Below are positions 7,821 to 11,699 of a stretch of 11,699 nucleotides of DNA, piece by piece. The stretch comes from Candidatus Fraserbacteria bacterium. GTDB taxonomy: Bacteria > Bipolaricaulota > Bipolaricaulia > RBG-16-55-9. The translations under genes and the position numbers were made by a program. The stretch's first letter is position 1; each line of letters starts with the position of its first letter. Below the pieces are notes generated by a model that saw only the letters and a list, made by a program, of their open reading frames with translations, had not been told where the DNA came from and searched no databases. The stretch covers positions 18,999-30,697 of the forward strand of contig JBBIOR010000021.1 in the NCBI GenBank assembly GCA_037443265.1. The letters are read 5' to 3'.

Positions 7821-9178
7821 TGAACTTGAGCTTCACCAAGAATAAAGTGGCATTCTGTGGGCTGCTGGGGCTGGCGTTTCTGAGTGGCTGCTCCTCTGTC
7901 AATCAGCCGCCCACGGTCAAGATCACAGCCCCGCTAGAGGGAAGCCTTCAGGGCAGTGCAGTCGCATTCCAGAGCAGCGCCAGCGACCCCGATGGGCGCA
8001 TAGCAACCTACCGTTGGGACTTTGGAGACGGCACGACGAGCGAGGAACCTCAGCCGAAGCACACATACGCCCAGAGCGGCGAGTATCGCGTGGAGCTTGT
8101 CGTGACAGACGATCGGGGTGCCAGCGCACGTCATAGCATCACCATCAGAGTACAAGTGGGTCCGAAGGCCGTGGCCACGCTCCGTCAAGCCCACAGCGAC
8201 CCAGCCGTGCTGCTACAGCACATAAGCGGCGAAACCCCCTTGGCCGTCGTCTTCGATAGCTCGCGCTCCATGCCGGAGCCCGGCACCAAGATCATGCGCT
8301 GGCACTGGGACTTCGGGGACGGTGAGGAGAGCGGTGAGCCAAACCCGATTCACATCTACACCCGAGGTGGCCAATACCAGCCCACCCTCATCATCACCGA
8401 CGATCGGGGTCGGACGAGTCAGGCCCAGCTCAGCGTTCAAGTCACCTCCTATGAGGCCTATGAAGGCGCTGTGGAACTTAAGGATGCCACGGTACGCTAT
8501 CAGCTGTATGAGAAAGCCACGAAAGCCTCATCCGCTGGGCCTTCGATGAGTTACTGGTACGTGGTCGAGACGCCCCGCAAATTGAGGGAAGGCGAGATCC
8601 GGGCTGTGCTGGCAGATATCATTCAGAGAGCCCAACAGCGCCCCAGGATCACGCGCATCACGGTCTATCTCTTCGATAAAATCAAAAAGAACTTCATGAT
8701 CGCAGGAGACTACGAGCACTATTTGGGGAGCGCAATATGGGACAAGACGGAGCTACCTGAGAAGGCGCTTTCGTTCAGTGCCAATCGCGCGTATCTTTTA
8801 GGGAAGGCGATTCCCGTCTTGGGATACGAGATCCGGGAGCAGGTGTTGGAGCCGGATGATCCAGAATGCGAAGGGCTGTGTGAGCGCTATCGCATTGGAG
8901 TTGCCCAGATTACGATTCAAGATGAGTCTGTATGTCGAGGGCTTCTGCTGACGACCATCCGCGAGATCGCCCGCTGGCGCTTAGGGGCAAGCTATGATGG
9001 CTTTCTGGTGCAGATCTACTCCAAAGACGGCGGGCAACCGTTGGCTTGGGTGTTGGGCGTGAGGGGCCCGTTGACCTTCGAGCAGCTTTCCGTTCAAAAG
9101 CTGGCTGAGCGGCCGAGCCGCTGGGACATCCAGGAGCCCTCGCTGCGGGTGAGCTTGGGTCAAGTGCCTTCCTGCTGA
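7817..9178 (+). CDS. PKD-domain lipoprotein (2x PKD plus an unknown C-terminal region)
   Basis: Lipobox FLSG|C. Two PKD domains: SDPDGRIATYRWDFGDG...HTY...GEYRVELVVTDDRG and WHWDFGDG...NPIHIY...GQYQPTLIITDDRG. Start is GTG 7817 or ATG 7820, coupled to the upstream stop. Confidence 0.9.
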   Translation: MMNLSFTKNKVAFCGLLGLAFLSGCSSVNQPPTVKITAPLEGSLQGSAVAFQSSASDPDGRIATYRWDFGDGTTSEEPQPKHTYAQSGEYRVELVVTDDRGASARHSITIRVQVGPKAVATLRQAHSDPAVLLQHISGETPLAVVFDSSRSMPEPGTKIMRWHWDFGDGEESGEPNPIHIYTRGGQYQPTLIITDDRGRTSQAQLSVQVTSYEAYEGAVELKDATVRYQLYEKATKASSAGPSMSYWYVVETPRKLREGEIRAVLADIIQRAQQRPRITRITVYLFDKIKKNFMIAGDYEHYLGSAIWDKTELPEKALSFSANRAYLLGKAIPVLGYEIREQVLEPDDPECEGLCERYRIGVAQITIQDESVCRGLLLTTIREIARWRLGASYDGFLVQIYSKDGGQPLAWVLGVRGPLTFEQLSVQKLAERPSRWDIQEPSLRVSLGQVPSC

Positions 9179-9215
9179 GCCCATCTCTTCTGATCACAAA
9201 GGGGTTCTGAGGGCC

Positions 9216-9243
9216 TTGACAAATCTTTAAAGTTCCTTACCTT
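9216..9243 (+). promoter_or_regulatory. sigma70-type promoter of the Tat-lipoprotein gene
   Basis: Perfect TTGACA (9216-9221), 16 nt, TACCTT (9238-9243). SD AGGAGGT (9276-9282) lies 7 nt before ATG 9290. Confidence 0.6.
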
Positions 9244-9251
9244 ACCTTACC
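9235..9251 (+). repeat. Short tandem repeat (CCTTA)3CC over the -10 region
   Basis: The sequence reads CCTTA CCTTA CCTTA CC. Confidence 0.85.
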
Positions 9252-9289
9252 GGTGGACTTGAAGTCTGCCCACAGAGGAGGTACAAGCA

Positions 9290-10177
9290 ATGTGCTGCGG
9301 CAAGGAAACGTACGAAGAGATGCAGGGAGGCCGGGTAGGACTCACGCGCAGAAAGGTGCTCAAGGCGATGGGAGCCGGAGCAGGGTTAGTAGCGCTGGGT
9401 GGGCTGACGGGATGTACTGCGTGGCTTGCCGATTCAGGTTTTACCTCTGAAAGTAGTGCTGGGAAGGTTTCAGCGGCGGGAACCGCATCAGATCGCCTAA
9501 AAAAAGCTCTATCTAGAGTGGATCAGAAGCTTATTCATGAGATCAATGAGACTAAAGAAGCTTGGAGTAGAGTTTGGAAGATGGCCTTTCACAATCATGA
9601 GAGCGATAGAGCAAGTGTTATTTCAACATTCGAGCATGCGAAGAAGAAAACGAGGATCTTGATCGATCAGTATGATAGAATTGATTTCATCGGTGCGCTT
9701 GAGAGTTTGGCTTTAACCGCGAGTCTGGCTGACGTAAATACAGCTCTAAGTCAAGACACAGAGTTTAAGAGAGAACTAGAGAAAAGATTCATGGATGACC
9801 TAGTCGGAATTGGATTTTCCGAAAGGGATGCCAATGACGAAGTGCAAAGACACTTTCATCGCCTCTTCACTCAAGCTGAATATGACCAAGCTCGCCAAGG
9901 GCTCAGTGGGCAAGGTCTGAGTAATGCATTTCAGGAGTCACTCAATGTGCTGGACCCAGGCGATGGAGGAGGTGGCGGATCTCCCACTCCTTCGCAATGC
10001 ACTGCGGCAGTAATAAGTTGCATTGCGATTTTCGGCGTAATAGTCCTCGGATGTATTGCGATAGGATTAGCAGAGTGTCTAGCTCTTCTGGGTAATATTG
10101 GACCCGGGGGTGCAGGCAATCTTGTTCTAACGGCAGCTTTGATTTGTTATATCGATCTCATAGAATGCTTTGCATAG
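9290..10177 (+). CDS. Tat-exported lipoprotein with a C-terminal Cys-rich hydrophobic peptide; candidate bacteriocin precursor (halocin C8-like architecture)
   Basis: TRRKVLK twin-arginine motif, h-region, lipobox LTG|C42, charged helical middle, DPGDGGGGGSPTPS linker, and a 59-aa hydrophobic tail with 6 Cys. The CDS itself is solid; the bacteriocin function is inferred. Confidence 0.7.
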   Translation: MCCGKETYEEMQGGRVGLTRRKVLKAMGAGAGLVALGGLTGCTAWLADSGFTSESSAGKVSAAGTASDRLKKALSRVDQKLIHEINETKEAWSRVWKMAFHNHESDRASVISTFEHAKKKTRILIDQYDRIDFIGALESLALTASLADVNTALSQDTEFKRELEKRFMDDLVGIGFSERDANDEVQRHFHRLFTQAEYDQARQGLSGQGLSNAFQESLNVLDPGDGGGGGSPTPSQCTAAVISCIAIFGVIVLGCIAIGLAECLALLGNIGPGGAGNLVLTAALICYIDLIECFA

Positions 10178-10179
10178 CC

Positions 10180-10785
10180 ATGATAAAATGGAATCGATGG
10201 TCGGCTCTATTCATAGTCCTTGCGATTTTTGTTGTTCAGGCAGTTGCTTGGGCAACTACGGGAGATTCGCTCTATGGATTGACGTTTCTGGCCTTTGGTT
10301 CCCTGGCTTGGGCCATTGGCGCAGTCTGCGAAGCGCATCGCATTTCATCTGCTGGACAACGTTGGACCGCTGTTTCATTCTTCGTGATGTTCCTCTTATT
10401 TGGTAGTTTAGCAGCTTCTGTGATAGATAATACATACTGGTCGTGGGGTTTTCTTGCAGCTGCAGCAATTGGCGGACCCACCTTGGCCATGATCTTGCAA
10501 TTACTCAGGCCCATACCTGAAGATAAAGATGTTTTCAAACCTAGCAAGGAATCGTCTACCAACAGTCTACCATATAGGTTCTTCTTCTGGCTGTTGACCG
10601 TAGGTCTATTCCTCTTGGTAGCGCTGCCACTCCTGTCAACCATCTCGCTATCCGAGCTGGAGAAACGTCATACCATCATCCCAGCCGTGGCTCTTTTAGG
10701 GTGGATTTTGTTACTTTTTTTAATCTACAATATCGCCTACCTCATCTCACTGATCAAATGGTTCAAAGCTAGGTCGAAAGACTAA
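10180..10785 (+). CDS. Hypothetical multi-pass membrane protein (about 6 TM); candidate immunity protein
   Basis: ATG 10180 lies 2 nt after the upstream TAG (translational coupling). 201 aa with about 6 hydrophobic stretches and the same AT-richer composition as the upstream gene body. No family recognised. Confidence 0.7.
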   Translation: MIKWNRWSALFIVLAIFVVQAVAWATTGDSLYGLTFLAFGSLAWAIGAVCEAHRISSAGQRWTAVSFFVMFLLFGSLAASVIDNTYWSWGFLAAAAIGGPTLAMILQLLRPIPEDKDVFKPSKESSTNSLPYRFFFWLLTVGLFLLVALPLLSTISLSELEKRHTIIPAVALLGWILLLFLIYNIAYLISLIKWFKARSKD

Positions 10786-10919
10786 GAGTCAACCCATGAC
10801 ATAACGAAATACAAAAGGAAAGCCATCATTCCATCTCCATGACGCAGGATGGCTTATCCACCGGGCTTTCACCCTCCAGTCATTCACTTTCCACGTCATT
10901 TCCGGTTAATCTCACAGTA

Positions 10920-11084
10920 ATGAAGCCGCAGAGCAGCAGAAACCCTGTGAACATATGGTTGTTCCTGCTTGTGAATCTAGAAACTGTGCTGCTCTTGCTA
11001 GGTTTGGCAACCTTGTTCGGCATATATGGTCGGATTCTCACCATGGCCGTCGTCGGGTTGACAGCCACAACGGGCTTGCTCTGA
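10920..11084 (+). CDS. Small hydrophobic ORF or membrane-protein gene remnant
   Basis: MKPQSSRNPVNIWLFLLVNLETVLLLLGLATLFGIYGRILTMAVVGLTATTGLL, about 2 TM-like segments. No clear SD. Confidence 0.35.
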   Translation: MKPQSSRNPVNIWLFLLVNLETVLLLLGLATLFGIYGRILTMAVVGLTATTGLL

Positions 11085-11114
11085 GTCTCCCTCTCCCCTA
11101 AGATGAGTCAAGCC

Positions 11115-11234
11115 ATGTCCAGCGTCAAAGTGAAAATCTGCGGCAATCGCACGCTTCGTGATGTGCAGGCCACGCGGGGAGCGGACGCCCAAGGGTTCAT
11201 CGTTGGCTTCCCTGACTCTGAGAGGGAATGTTAG
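11115..11234 (+). pseudogene. trpF: 5' fragment of phosphoribosylanthranilate isomerase
   Basis: MSSVKVKICGNRTLRDVQATRGADAQGFIVGFPDSEREC*. VKICG and GADAxGF are the TrpF N-terminal motifs. It stops after 39 codons, whereas full TrpF is about 200 aa. Confidence 0.85.
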
Positions 11235-11254
11235 ATTGATGGAGTCTCATCTCC

Positions 11255-11506
11255 ATGGCTGGGCGCGGCAAACTTCTGGAACGCATCTTATAGGGCACAT
11301 CGGACACAAATATCCCCGTTAGCGGACTGTGCCAGTTGCTACGCAAGCTGGAGTTCGAAGAACGAATCCGAGGTGACCATCATATCTTCACCAAGGACGG
11401 GGTAGCAGAGATCTTGAACCTGCAACCCAAAGACTCCAAGGCGAAACCCTATCAAGTCAAACAGGTTCGCCATGTGGTTCTCAAGTACAGATTAGTAGGC
11501 GATGAA
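11255..11506 (+). pseudogene. hicA: HicA-family mRNA interferase toxin with a premature stop
   Basis: MAGRGKLLERIL*GTSDTNIPVSGLCQLLRKLEFEERIRGDHHIFTKDGVAEILNLQPKDSKAKPYQVKQVRHVVLKYRL. It has the HicA G-x-H-H-I-F and KAKPYQVKQV motifs. In-frame TAG at 11291-11293. Confidence 0.88.
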
Positions 11507-11591
11507 GCTCTGAGGAACGTAGAAGTGATAGCGCAAGAATGGATTGAGACGGCTAACCCCTGCGCCGAAAGGCCGCTTGATCTTTGCCTGG
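11504..11591 (+). pseudogene. hicB: C-terminal remnant of a HicB-family antitoxin
   Basis: EALRNVEVIAQEWIETA (11504-11554) and, after a frame change, PAPKGRLIFA (11559-11588) match the end of short HicB proteins. The N-terminal half is missing. Confidence 0.75.
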
Positions 11592-11626
11592 CGTTATCCG
11601 ACAATCTTCCTTACCGAAGAGCGCGA

Positions 11627-11699
11627 GGATTCACGCGCAGGCAAGTGCTGCGGGCCATGGGAGCCGGAGCAGGGTTGATCACGCTGGGTGGGCTGATAG
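11627..11699 (+). repeat. Second copy of the Tat leader of gene 9290..10177 (runs off the window)
   Basis: GFTRRQVLRAMGAGAGLITLGGLI versus GLTRRKVLKAMGAGAGLVALGGLT: 18/24 aa and 59/73 nt identical to 9338-9410 by hand alignment. Confidence 0.92.

Noticed and set aside
2107..9197. Many alternate-frame and antisense ORFs inside hppA, the ABC pair and the surface operon (e.g. 2987..3649, 4063..4584, 5084..5581)
   Set aside because: These are expected in GC-rich coding DNA. They overlap well-supported genes almost entirely and have low-complexity Arg/Pro/Ser composition.
9998..10177. Cys-rich tail as a RiPP (lanthipeptide/sactipeptide) core or an Fe-S/heme-binding Tat substrate
   Set aside because: No modifying enzyme is in the window, there are no CxxC or CxxCH motifs, and the region is too hydrophobic for a typical cofactor site.
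10790..10900. Trp-rich short minus-strand reading frame (MTWKVNDWRVKARWISHPASWRW…) near the trpF stub, as a possible attenuator leader
   Set aside because: It is on the wrong strand and points away from trpF. It has no tandem Trp codons and no terminator/antiterminator structure was seen.
11291..11293. In-frame TAG in hicA as programmed recoding (pyrrolysine or read-through)
   Set aside because: The same module carries deletions and a frameshift, and TAG is an ordinary stop for hppA and the 9290 gene. Simple decay explains it.
1..11699. CRISPR array or IS element
   Set aside because: No regularly spaced repeats, transposase motifs or terminal inverted repeats were seen.

Overview
GC-rich bacterial chromosomal segment with a more AT-rich, decaying accessory region at its 3' end. 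In order: the 5' part of a minus-strand FtsX/LolE-type ABC permease (missed by the ORF track); a secreted lamin-tail-domain protein; tRNA-Glu(CTC) behind a near-consensus sigma70 promoter; a K+-independent-type membrane pyrophosphatase (hppA); a NatAB-like ABC-2 exporter pair; and a three-gene cell-surface operon (two CsgG/FlgT-like proteins plus a 2xPKD lipoprotein). The most interesting part starts at about 9.2 kb. A Tat-signal lipoprotein carries, behind a poly-Gly linker, a hydrophobic 59-aa tail with six Cys, an architecture like the halocin C8 precursor. A multi-TM candidate immunity gene follows it directly. After debris (small membrane ORF, trpF 5' fragment, broken hicAB) a second copy of the same Tat leader starts at the window edge (59/73 nt identical). 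This suggests an array of polymorphic bacteriocin/immunity cassettes with a conserved leader. All family assignments come from reading motifs by eye; no searches were run.
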